A stretch of DNA of 64,000 nt from Raillietiella orientalis (lineage: Eukaryota), in contig JAYWIR010000004.1 of NCBI GenBank assembly GCA_036172245.1, positions 3,906,001 through 3,970,000 of the forward strand, given 5' to 3'. The notes under the pieces were generated by a model, which made no database searches, was not told where the DNA came from, and saw nothing but the letters and a program-made list of their open reading frames with translations. The translations under genes and the position numbers were made by a program. Shown here piece after piece: positions 13,801-25,429 of this stretch (the first letter of the stretch is position 1; every line of letters starts with the position of its first letter).

Positions 13801-14694
13801 CCAACCGGCAGGGTGGGAGTTCTCCTGCAGCATTTCAGGAGTCGAAAAACTGCTGAGCGGCTGCAAAACGAGCGTGTTGGTGGATGCTGCCACTCCTCGT
13901 CACCGGGAAAAGGGACTCCTTTGATGGAGTGAACTTCTCAGTGTACCCCCCGAAGAACTCGTGGTCCCTTCTCTCTGCGTTGATACTTCGGTGTTCTCGC
14001 TTCAATGGAAACAGGATGTTCTGCTATTCCTGCACTGGGACAGTGCAATTAGCGCAGACATCTGGTTTCCGAGGGAGTTGCCTCCCCGAACTGTCTCAGG
14101 TGCGGGCGATAGAATCGCTTCCGCACCTGCTTCTGGACTGCAGTGTTTTGCGGGAGTTATGGCAAAGACTTGCTTCGGCACTTCGTCGTCCCCAGGACAC
14201 GGCCATCAACCTGCTACAACGCTTCTTCAGCGAAGGCGGACTGAAGAAAGGCGCTGTGATGGCAACACAATCTGTTGCATCCGCGTCGCCGTGACGGCCC
14301 GCCCTAAACTCGAAGGGAGTTCGCAGCGAAAGGATGCCACCAGGATAGCCGCCAACCTTATGGAGGCAGCTGCAAGGTGGCCTCATCTTCCCATAAAAGT
14401 CCCCAGGGAAATCGTCACCGTCAAGCGGTGCTTCTAGAAAAAGAGGAACGTACGATACCAAAGATCCTTTGTCCCCACCCTCCCTTGTTTTTTTTTCGTT
14501 TGTTTGTTTGTTTGTTTAGTTTGTGTCTCCTTCCGTTCCCTTCTTTTTTGAAGCCGGACTGCGTGCCGGTGGTTTTTCCGGGTTGAACTTGAACTTTTTG
14601 TATGGGCGTTTCTTGTGTCTTGGAGGGATACATATCCCTTCAAGTTTGTGGTTTGTTCTCTGAATAAACATCCCGGCGTGACTGGGTTCAAACC
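10900..14694 (+). mobile_element. Degenerate, near full-ORF2 L1/Tx1-like non-LTR retrotransposon with 3' UTR
   Basis: Motifs in order: KAFGCVNQ (~12586), RGIR*GDSLNPLLF (12742-12783), YAND for YADD (12874), FKYLGVP (~13062), PCQDTGLGI (~13338), zinc knuckle ESLPHLLLDC (~14112), AAARWPHL (~14365). A T-rich UTR and AATAAA (14663) follow. Multiple stops and frameshifts; the 5' boundary is uncertain. Confidence 0.85.
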
Positions 14695-15212
14695 TCTTCC
14701 AGTCTGCGCTCTCGGATGAAGCACTTACCAAGTGCTGCCTCAGTAGCAGATGCCCTTCCGTGCTGGCCAGAAGGTGCGACATCAGGCGGGAGCTCGCAAC
14801 GCGGTCGGCTTCTGCGGACTCCGGCGAAAGGGGAGCGAGGTGAAAACGCCAGGAGAGATCCTTGGGAACGAATCCCAGAAGACACCTCTGCAGCTTTCTG
14901 AAATAACAGCGTTCCGATGTTTCGGAAGGGTGACGAGCTACAGCTCTCGGGACTCCACGGATGCAGCAGCTGGATGCATGCAAGAGATCTCACGAGCTGG
15001 GACGCTTCCTAGAAACTGTCTCTTTAGGAAAGGGAAAGAAAAAGAGAGGAAGGAAGGGATTCTTCTTAACACATTTGGTGATTTAATTAATTAGTAAATT
15101 ACAATTAAATAGAATTTCAGTAAAATTTAATGGAAGAAATTGTGTAATGCTAATGTATTAAGTTGATGGATCATTACTTGATTATATATATGTAATTAAA
15201 ATGGACTTAATA

Positions 15213-15401
15213 TACGAGGCGCATCGTAAAAGTAAGGGCCGATCGGATATAAAGAGGGAACAAACAAGAGGAACAAAAATGAATTGGTGGTTCTAAACAC
15301 ATCCATCCCCACGTCATTTTTCTACGCAGTCGCCATTTTTTTCCAAACACTTTGGATACCGTGGAAGAAGCTTTTTGAAACCCTCTGCATAAAATTCCGC
15401 T
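15213..15401 (-). mobile_element. Mariner transposon 3' remnant with terminal inverted repeat
   Basis: The minus strand encodes AEFYAEGFKKLLPRYPKCLEKNGDCVEK* (stop 15314-15316), the typical mariner transposase C-terminus. It ends in TA + CGAGGCGCATCGTAAAAGTAAG, a mariner-type TIR. Confidence 0.85.
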
Positions 15402-15599
15402 GTAATCAAGTAATGATCCGTAGTGATCAAGTAATATTTTCAATATTTATAATTAAGCCTCTGCATTTGCACGTGCCTATAATAACTGTACAGAATATGA
15501 ATGCATAAATAATGTATAATACAGTGAAGACTGACAGAAGGTAAAACGAAAGCGCAATTCTCAATAATCCTAAAAAATTATTTGAAGGTGAGGCCATGG

Positions 15600-17300
15600 A
15601 TTTGGTTTTCCCCTTTCCTAGGAATGAACTCCTGTAGTTGGAAGCTGGAAGCAAGTCACCTGCGAATGTGTGTGTCCTTTCCCGTGGACCGCTGCATCAG
15701 CAAGATGCTTCCAAAATAAAGTCCTTCTGCTGCTCGCTGCTTGCGGAGAGGCTTTGAGGGAAGAGCAAATGACTTCACAAATCTTAATGGTTAAAGTCAG
15801 GAAGAGGAATCCCGTCATTTCTGCAGTTCCGGTTGTCTCTCGGCAACCAGATCCTCCATCCTGCCTGACTGCCAAAGTCTTGCTTTTTTGCGAGGAAGAA
15901 GTCAACAGCAGCAGCGATTTACAGTCTGGGCGAAAATCAACCTGCAGGCTTGTGGAGATTCGCCTGAGTCAGGACGCTACGCGTGTCCTGAGCGAAGAAA
16001 GAATTCATACTAAACTTGGGAAGAGGGGAGGGGAGACTTTCGCGCTAACAGTCTTTCGTGGGGGCTACAAGGAAAATGTTCTTCTCGCGAATTTCACGAA
16101 TCCCTAAGAGTGGAATCCATCAGATGGCAAGAGGATGCCTTACGACACGAACCCTCTCCGTTGAAGTTTTCTCAAGTGTGTTGGAGCAAGCAAAAGTTGG
16201 ACCACGACACGATCCGGGATTTGACGGTCTCTAGGGATTTGTTGGTGCTGCAGGAAGTCCCGATTCAGGATGTGGGATTTCCGGAATGATCCCGAGAGAA
16301 TAGACGCTCGCATGTCGGTGACCGAACACAGCAGAACAGGAACACGACATCTCCACTGAATGCTGATGCGGAACAGCAAAGCAGCGGGAAAGCGGTGGGA
16401 AAACACGTTTTGGACGGAAAGCTTCAATGAGATCCGGAGAGCTGGCTCCTTCCCTCCTGCCTCCATCTCAGGCTTCCTGGTGACATCAACACTGCATGCG
16501 CAACCACATATGGGTGCAAAGGCTCTTTCCATGCTACAATCCTAAATGCCAGCCCATGTTGCTGCCTCCGTTCTTTCAGTTTGTAGGGATTTTTTGTACA
16601 GAATTTTCATCCCCTTCGAAAGAAGCAAAATCTGCAAAATCCACTGGTTGCTGTTTTTTTGAAAAGAAACCTTCGCCTGGAACAAGTAGCCGTATATTTG
16701 GGGATGGAAGACATCGGCGTCCACATTGCATGAAACGTACGTGCATAATTAGCTGAAAGTGGCACCCATGTGAAACGGCCTGAGAATAAATCATTGTGAG
16801 AACCTGAAGGATGTAAACTCAGCTTGAGTTATCACCGGAAGGTAAGAGTCGCTGGTTTGGCTTAGGATGCAAGTTGGAATGCAAACGAGAAGCGATTCTG
16901 TGAACGCTGAGCTTTCATTCGTGGTTTTACTTAGAACTCTTCCTCCAATGAAGGGTTTTGCGAGTCTGCGAAATGATCGAGTCGTTTCTCGTTTAAAAAA
17001 AGAATGCCTTCTTCTCGAGTTCCAAACATTTCCACTTTTCTTCGAACCAAAGCATTGCTCTGTGTCCCGTTCCTCAAGAACTCGGGCACGAAACTCGGCA
17101 TCTCCTTCTGTGTCGTTTAATTCCCTAATAGTGGGAATTCCGCTCTCCGGACGCACTGATCATGAAGTTCTTCCTAAAAACACCGGGAGTAGATGCTTTG
17201 CAACGACGCTTATTCCTCGGCGTGAGAGTTGTTGCTTCCTAACCGACAACCCTGTTACGTCAAATAACTTCATTTGAAGCTTCCCTCTGGATTATGTGTA
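15600..17300 (-). mobile_element. Decayed L1/Tx1-like ORF2 linker/RT fragment
   Basis: AEFRARVLEERD...HSFFKRETTRSFRR resembles the endonuclease-RT linker; weak RT remnants lie downstream. Confidence 0.3.
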
Positions 17301-17599
17301 CGAAATTGAGGTATATGAATGATCTTGGGATTCTGAGAATTTTTAGCTTCCTTATCCTTCGATTCTTTACCTTTCATCCTACAATCGAATGTTTGCCCTT
17401 TCCTGCCATGAGCTTTAAAGATGATTAACCTGCTTCCCTTACATTACTGTCTCGTTTTCATCTTCAGTCCGTGAATAGTTGTAGAGGGAATCCATGATCC
17501 CTGTTGTCGGATTAAAAGCCCTCGACTTGCAGCTTATAAAAGATTATAAGCTGTGACACTCTCGGCAGATGGCAGGAGACATTAATTCCTCCTCCAAGT

Positions 17600-19260
17600 C
17601 CCAGTACCATTCAATTATTGTCACAGGATTTCTTTCGGAACAAACCGGACTACTTTCCTCTTTTATTAGTCAGCAGTCTCCTTGGTCAGGTGAATTGCGG
17701 GCAAGAAGTCGAGGCCGTCAGCATTAATACGCATGGAGAGAACATGGAGAGAAGAACTTTTCTGCACGAGACACGCACCTGTGTAAGATGGAAATCTAAG
17801 CAGACTCCACAGAAGGCTGCAATTTGGTCGCAACAATGATCATGGGATACGGAGGCTGCAGACTGCACTCTAATCGAAACACAACAAACCGCACTGTAAT
17901 GTTGGATAAGAAAATTCGGTAAAGCAAAAATGCAATCCACAGTCTTGCCTGGAGCACAGTTTTCACCTCCCGTAATACAGAAAAGACAAATGACTTATAA
18001 AACGGGGAAAGTCATTCTAGGGCTTCTTCCACGCAGGGTCTCTCAAGATCCCCAGCCATTTCCACGGCTGAGAACATGGGAACAAATAACCCAACCCACA
18101 GAGGCGACGACCACCTGAATTCGAACAGTAGTCTCACGGCTTATGGTGTGAAACTGAGTTCATGTGACCGGCTACTGACTATTGAAGCAATTATCGTTGC
18201 AAGTCTCCAGTTTCGATTTCCCTGCCTATACATACCGGAGTTCGGGACATCTCTCGGGAATGAATGATCTTCTCGTTATCTTCTTGAGTTTGCATTTAGA
18301 GGACTGTCGAATTTCAAGATCAGTTTTTAACTTCGTCTTCCTGAGGAGTATTGTAAGCACTAATGCCGCAAACGTATCTTTCCTCAGCACATTTTCCAAT
18401 CCTCCAATTTGTGAGATGGGAGCGTGAGAAACTTGAAAAGCAGTTGTTCTGCTTTACACATAATATCTTGCAATGATGGTGGACAAGATCAAGGAGACAT
18501 TCCTGTTCTATTTCTCAAAGGAACCATAAAACGTGCTTTCTCTGAAGTGGAGAGAGTAGTGGTATTCCTTTCTCTGTGACCGACTTCCCTCCTTATGGTA
18601 TCAGCTTCACGGCAAAGCAGTCCAAACTCTTCACAGAAGACGAAAATCCCAGGTGGTAAAAGACATATTTGCGGGATCCATGAGAAGGTGCTCTTTCCAC
18701 AGATGAAGTTGCAACCATTGTTTGTGATGATAGCCGTTGTGTGTTATCAAATGTGGTGACGACGGCTTAGCTTTTCTTGGAATATGCAAACTCTCCAAGG
18801 AAAATGATCATAACGACACTGACACGAATTGTAAATTCATCAGAACATTCGTTTACTAAAGCTCTAGTGGCGTACCACGCTTTCAAGTTCCCCTTTCAGT
18901 TGAGAGTGTTATGCATGGCTGAAAACACCTATAAACATTGAGTGAACATCTTGCTTTTTGTGGTGCATCCGAAGCAGGCAGATTTTGTCAGAATCAACGC
19001 GCAGATGTTTTATATGCTAGTCGTTTTCTAGAACCAGATTTGCATCATCTTCGAAACTTGAAACTAAGGAGTAGCTGTAAGCTGTCAGGGCCTACCTTTC
19101 CTTTATTCTAATCTTCTCGTTACTTTGGAGCTCAGCATACATCGAACACAAGAATACTGAGGATAATGCTATGGTAGCTCTAGATATCGGATGGATTCTG
19201 GTAGCTGTGGCAGCTTTCTGGGTGGTATATGTGTTCGAAGCTACGGGAAGGCAGACGACA
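17600..19260 (+). pseudogene. Decayed ankyrin-repeat/TRP-channel-like gene relic
   Basis: Ankyrin-like pieces (INTHGENMERRTFLH, QTPQKAA) and a pre-S1-like LLFVVHP..FYMLVVF (~18950-19030). An exon-like block after the CAG at 19086-19088 has two TM helices: AYLSFILIFSLLWSSA and VALDIGWILVAVAAFWVVYVFE. Confidence 0.35.
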
Positions 19261-19968
19261 AAATGCATACTTTCCAGTCCAGTTATTCCAGGAGTCACTG
19301 GTTGAGTTTTTTTTGGTTGAGTTCTAAGAGTAGCGACATCTGAGCATGGAACCAACCGCAGTACCCTTTGCAGACTCATTCAGCATGCATAGACAACACG
19401 GGAAAATCCAGTGTGATCTAGAAAGTCTGAGATCACAGAAGGGTAGTCGACCTAAGGAAGCAAGAAAATGCATCTTCTAGACATCTGTAAAACAGAAAGG
19501 TGGCTAGAAGAACATGAAGAATCATTGAGCTGGTCTTTCGGAAAATGCCTTTCAGATTTCAGATGAAATATAGGAATGGAAAACTTTAAATCAGAATTTT
19601 CCCGTGATCCTTGTGAAAGGCATTTTTGCTTCATTTTCGTTGACTCCTAATATCCTATAGTATACAACAGTATACTATGTATACTATCGAATATTATGTG
19701 CTTATTAATATCCTATACATTTCTGGTAATCTGTAATCAAAGCTCGGCTGAATTTCTCTTCCATGCATATGGTATAAAATAGGCAGGTGTAATACCAATG
19801 TATTTAATTAAATATGGATTAATATTTTCATGCTATACATGTTTATCAGTAATTTTGTTTTAATCAGATATTTGTGTATGTAATTTTTGGAGAAAGACTG
19901 CATACTATAGCTTTCTTCACTCCCTACAACTTTAACTTCAAGATTTCGACGTCAGATCTCAGGGTTAT

Positions 19969-19995
19969 TATATATATATATATATATATATATAT
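19969..19995. repeat. (TA)n microsatellite
   Basis: About 13 TA units. Confidence 0.95.
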
Positions 19996-22900
19996 TCACC
20001 TCAGTGAATGCGGTAAATATTTACATGTAAATATGTACACAGACCTGCTTGGATTCATGCTGAGAATAGCGCTTTCTTCGAATGACTCGGCTGACGTATG
20101 TGTTAATGATCGAAAATCAAGGAAAGAGAGCAAGCCGATATGCAAGAGGAAATGAGATTTGCAGTTCTGGGGTGAGCACTTCTGTTACACCATCAAAGTC
20201 ACTTAACCGAAGGAACGTCACAAATAGGAATCATCTAGGAATCCATCCGTAAATTGGAATTCTTGAGCATGTCCTCTTTTTGGGTACTGTGCCGCGGCTG
20301 CAGCCATCATAATGCTTGGATTAAAGACTGTGCCAGAAGAAAATGCTTTAAATTGGATTTTCCGAATCTGCAGTCTATAGTTCACTAATGAACCGCTAGT
20401 CCTGAATATCGTTCCTCGTGTTCAAATACTATTAGTTTCTTGAATTAGCCACCCCCAATGATGGCAGTTAATTTTTCAGATTATTTGGACTGATTTGTCA
20501 TCTGCCCAGATGCACTCGTAATGTGAATATTCAAACGGTGTCCTGGACAAATCTCCAAAAGAGGAATGCCGCAATTATTAAACTCTGTGAAGCATTCGTG
20601 GAGTAACTTCGTTCTTTTGTGCAATGCAGAGCCCTTAACTGGAGTGTCACACTCGAATCATCCCGAAATACTCAAATTTCGATGGAAGACATATCGTAAA
20701 AAAACAAACTTGCATCTCCCAACTTGAATCATGAAAAAAATAGACTTGAAGTTCCACTTTATTTTCTAGCCACAGAAAATGGACAGAAAATCAAATACAG
20801 ATGTGTAATACATATTGAATTCGTTACGGGGATGGCAAGCCTGATTTTCATCATTTGAGACTTTTGTAAGTGATCATTTGCTCCCCATTATCGACTTATA
20901 CGAAGCTGTTGCTTTCTTCGGAATTCGGATCATTTGAAGCGAAGGCGCGCCTTCTGAGCTCATTGAATTGGAATGTCTGCTCGCTTGAAGTTTTTCGCCA
21001 AAAAGGAAAACAGATAAAAATAGGTCCCTTTGGGAATCCTCTCCTAAATTCTTATCTGGGAGATGCATAGTGGAGAACGAGCATTCAGATTAACCTCCGA
21101 GCTGCCGTCAGGTAGCGTTCTGAAGAAGTAACATTGGGTGTTGCGAAAATGGAATAGAAACCGATGATTATGTTATGGCGATCATCATCAGAATAATCGT
21201 TCGAGTTTCAGTCATCATCCTATGGGATTCCTCAGAGATCTTCCATCAAAATGCACTTTGCATGGCATTTCGTTTCACTGAAGCTCTCTATGACCCTATG
21301 ACCGTCTCCTGCTTTTTGGTGAGCCTATGCAACTTCGAATCCCCATGTTGTGAGGATGGAGAGTGAGAATCACTGGTCGATGGCTTCTCAAACTTCATGA
21401 TGCCTGGATGATTAATGATCCACGCCTGATCCAGAGCTGGTGAACCGAAAAGAAACCGTCTTACCTGGTAGCAGTCCGATGCCAAAAGATAGTAACCCAT
21501 TAAATAAATCTCAGATTTGAATATGAAGCATCAAAGATCCAGTGCTCAAGGTTTACCAAGCAGTACAGGTTTCCCAGCCCGATCCGTTTTCTAAGAAAGC
21601 ATGACCTCTCTCGTTGCGTGTGCAACCCAACCAGCAATCACCGTGTGGCAAATGTTTCGCAAGTTTCGAAAGACTGCTTGCATGAGAGTAACTATCATGG
21701 AAAATCATAGTCGTCACCCAAAGTAATAGAGCGAATACAATGCTAATCGAACAATCATCCTTAAGCAAAAGACACAGGGGATGTTGAGTTTGCTTCTCTT
21801 ATAGAATTCGTGTGAAACATTGAGCGATCCGTATTTGTACAAGATCACTCCCAGGGGATGCTTACAGAAGCATACATGATCTCATTATTATATGGTGAAA
21901 TGAAAATGAGCCCTTTAATTCGTATAATGGCGGCCACCGCACCCTTATAGCTGATTTTAAAAAAAATAAATAAATAAATAAATTTCAAACAAGATTCGCG
22001 AGATATAACAAATTCAGAGACCAGAGGAAATACGGGCAGGGACAATTGTCTAAAAATCCAAATTCAAAGGATTCATTTTTTCTTTTTTTTCCACTAAAAT
22101 GCGGTCCAAAAAGAACTGTTCACTTCATTTGCGGGAGGATTGGAGCACTGTCACTGCAAGAGAACACGGGTGGAATCCTGATGCTGGTAACGACCCAACA
22201 GTTGAGGATGCCAGTGCAATTTATGAAACAGAGGTTGTGGAAACGAAAAGGGGATCGGGAGCAATCAGTTCTGGAGACCCCAGAGTCCGATTCAGTGGAT
22301 AATTTGTAGGGAGGGAGCACGGACGGAAAAATGTCAAAGGGAACACAAATGTTTGAACAACAGCTGACTCGCAAAAGCGATTTCATGAGCGTGACTCACT
22401 GAGTCTGCTATTTCCTAGACAATAGAAACAGGAGTTGCCTATGAGAAGAAAATATGCATAAGAAGAATGTGGATGTCTCACACGCATGTGTAATGTGTGC
22501 ATGGTGTATGGACCATCAATATAAGCTCGCATTTGTAGTCAAATAAGGGTCCGATGCTAAAGCAGTTCTTCTGATCTTAAGCGGAAGAGGAGCACGAACA
22601 AACACCTTGCCCATAGCTCTGGAATTAAGGAGCATGTCTCACATACAGGGATCTCAGGAAGATGGTCCTAAGAACGACAACGTTCTGCAAGGTCTGGAAA
22701 TTACAAGTATGTACGCGAACCAGCTCGGCAGGATGATTTTCTCCGATATCAAAAGCAGTAGAGACATCCACTCTCGATAATCGATTTGTCAGAAGACGAA
22801 CCTTCCTCCCCGCACAACAACAAAACTCACTCAAGCAGGCGTGGACGAATAGAACCAACGGTTCAGTGAGAAAGGCCATGGCATAAGTGACTCCTCCGGG

Positions 22901-23849
22901 AAATGTCTGCACCTCATCCAGGCTCGTTGGAAAGCTCAGAAAGCTCGAGACACCAAGGGAAGAAAGTCTGTTGGCGCAGTCATTTCAGTGTTTCGAGTCC
23001 CTCCCGGTTCAGAAGCTGACTATGACAATGTGAGAAAGGATGGAGGTGCCAGCCTCCCTCTTGTGGGTTAGCTTCGTCTCCAAAGGGGAACGCAGGTATC
23101 GCACGCATCCTGAGTAACCATGGTCCAATTACTCTGATGAAACAGGGCCATCTGCTCTCGAAACTCGGGCGGGTAGACGAAACCATGATCGGTTCGGAAC
23201 AAAGCTAGGGTGCTCCCAGAATGAGTCTGAATGCCAACCTTTCTTTGTACAGTTCTGGCTTAGCATGTGATGATAAACTCGAAGCAGAAACGGGTCAGGG
23301 GGGTTCGCCAATCGTGGAAACGCGAGAACGGAGATGCGGCAACGACTGCTGCACTCCTTCTACAGCAACCACTCGCCCGCGTCGGAGGCCTTGTGGTTAA
23401 GGCTTCCGCGTGTGGTAACATGGGTCGCGGGTTCGAATACTTCGGCAGAAACTCTGACGCCACTGCGTCGTCGAGTTCCGAGTTTCTCCTGCAATGGCGC
23501 TGGTTGGCCGAAACATTCGGGCGTGGCACCGGCGGTGGATTAAGCCGGAGGCCCCCGATGAAGGCCGGAACAATGGGAGTCGACCTTCGGGTCCTCCCAG
23601 GAATCAAGGAGTGGGAAGTTCCTCCTCCTGTCGTGCAACGGAGAGCAAACCCCCCCACCGCGGGACCCCTCCGGCTCCAAGATGGAGCAGGAGCCCTCAC
23701 GGGCACCTCTCCAGTTGTTCAAAGGAGCGGATCCTCCCCGTTGCGGGTGGGATCCTCCGAGTCGTCGCCTCTTCACAGAGTGCACAAGGAAGCAAGCGAG
23801 AACGATTCGCTGCGGGAAGCTGCAGCGCCCCTTCTGAGTTTCGGAAGCG

Positions 23850-24170
23850 TCCCTTCGGGGTTCTCTTCAGAGGAGTGAACAGAAGCGATTCCCTTGCGGG
23901 TTCCCTCCGGAGAAGAAATTCCTGCTAGCGGATCCTTTCCGGGTTCCCTTCGGAGAAGTTGAAATGGAGAGGACCACCTCCCATTAGGGGGTGTCCCTCC
24001 GGAGAGAATGGGGAAGGAGATTTCCTTCGGAGTTCCCCTTCGGAGACAACCACGGTGGGAGGTACGAAGCGTGAGAGGAACGGACTCCGAGTCCTTCCTG
24101 GATTCATAGGGCGGACCCTCATCCCGGGGTGCCCCCTATCCTGAAGAATTACACTGAAGAATTACACGCC
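23850..24170. repeat. Dispersed CC(C)TYCGGAG short repeats in a GC-rich element-like block, plus a 13-bp tandem duplication
   Basis: About six cc(c)ttcggag/ccctccggag-like units at 23850-24045 (SPKG/SPEG-like on the minus strand). CTGAAGAATTACA occurs twice at ~24142-24167. Confidence 0.6.
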
Positions 24171-24449
24171 CCCCTGCGGGTTGCCGCGGAGGGAGAGGTG
24201 TAGAAACAAAACAGTGTTTAATGTTTAAAAAGAGTCACGTACGCCGCGAGGCACGCGACCGGCTCTGAGGTACTTAGCGAACCAAAAAAAAGAAAACTCT
24301 CAAAAAAAAAAGCTGAAAGGAAAGCAGCATACAGAAGAAAAAAGAACCCAAGGATTTCCATCGTCCTAGGCCAATAGTAACGATCTCCTCGTGGGGATCG
24401 CTACTGGTCTTATATAAAAAAAAAAAAATTACTCGCTGCTAGACGCCAT

Positions 24450-25407
24450 CGTGCAGCCCACCATGTGTGCATGGACACAAAGAACCTCAGCACCTAGCCG
24501 CGGCACTGCTCTCCCTCAGCACCTGGGCAGTAACCAGCCGGCCGAATGGGAGGTCCGATGTGAGATCGGAGAAAGAGCGAAGGAATTAGGTTGGACCACG
24601 GGCCAGATCATGGACACTGCGATCCCAAGTGTCCCATCGAAAGGACTATTGCGCTGAGGTGACAATCCCACAGAAAGACCTCGAGTGACAGGCCCAGCGC
24701 TGAAGAACAACCGAGCCCTCCCCTTGAAGTGGCAGGAGTCGGCACTTCCGCTGTTGCACTGGGGTCTTTCGTGCAACTCCCGCCGCTCCCACCGGACCCG
24801 GGATGCTATGGACCCCAACGGTTGCAGGCACGGGGAACGGGAATCCCAGTTCACGCACCAGCTTGTCGTGCCCTCTTGCCCCTGTGATTGCGTTACGCAA
24901 CGGCCCTTGATGCACGATTGGACAACCCCAGGGACGTGATGAAACTCCTCTTCGTGCGCGATGCCCTTTCGCCTGCCGCATCCCTAGCAGCTCTTTGCTG
25001 CTACCTACGAGGGATTGTGGCGACCTGGAGCTACGCGATAGGAGGACGGCGCGATAGGGACGCCATCTGCTTCGGCCTGCGCTTCATGAGGACGGCAGCA
25101 AGATGTCCCCACCTGGAGTGCACTCGGGTGGAACTTGCCGGCATCCTGGAAAGGATGCAGAGGACGCCATCCAGCGGACAGAGATCCCATCCCGTGCCCC
25201 TCAGAGTTGTTTTCATCGATTTTTTATTTTATTTTTATTTTTGTTTGCCCCTCCTCTCCCCCCTCCTCCTCCGAGGCGAACCCCGTCGGCCTTCGTGCCG
25301 GTTATTCGGTAGGTTCTGAGCATTTTCGGACAATGTAGGGCCGATGACTCTTCACATGGATGTTTATTTTCTATAATAAACGTCCCGGAATGGCAGGGTG
25401 ATAAACC
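24450..25407 (+). mobile_element. 3' portion of the L1/Tx1-like family element with 3' UTR
   Basis: Zinc-knuckle remnant GCRHGERESQF, C-terminus LCCYLRGIVATW...RDAICFGLRFMRTAARCPHL, T-rich UTR, conserved hairpin (25285-25302) and an AATAAAC-GTCCCGG end matching 14663-14694. Confidence 0.7.
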
Positions 25408-25429
25408 AAACGTGGAAACTTCTTTTTAT

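Noticed and set aside
23267..23878. 203-aa ORF as a host gene
   Set aside because: No domain or splice structure; GC-rich element-like sequence.
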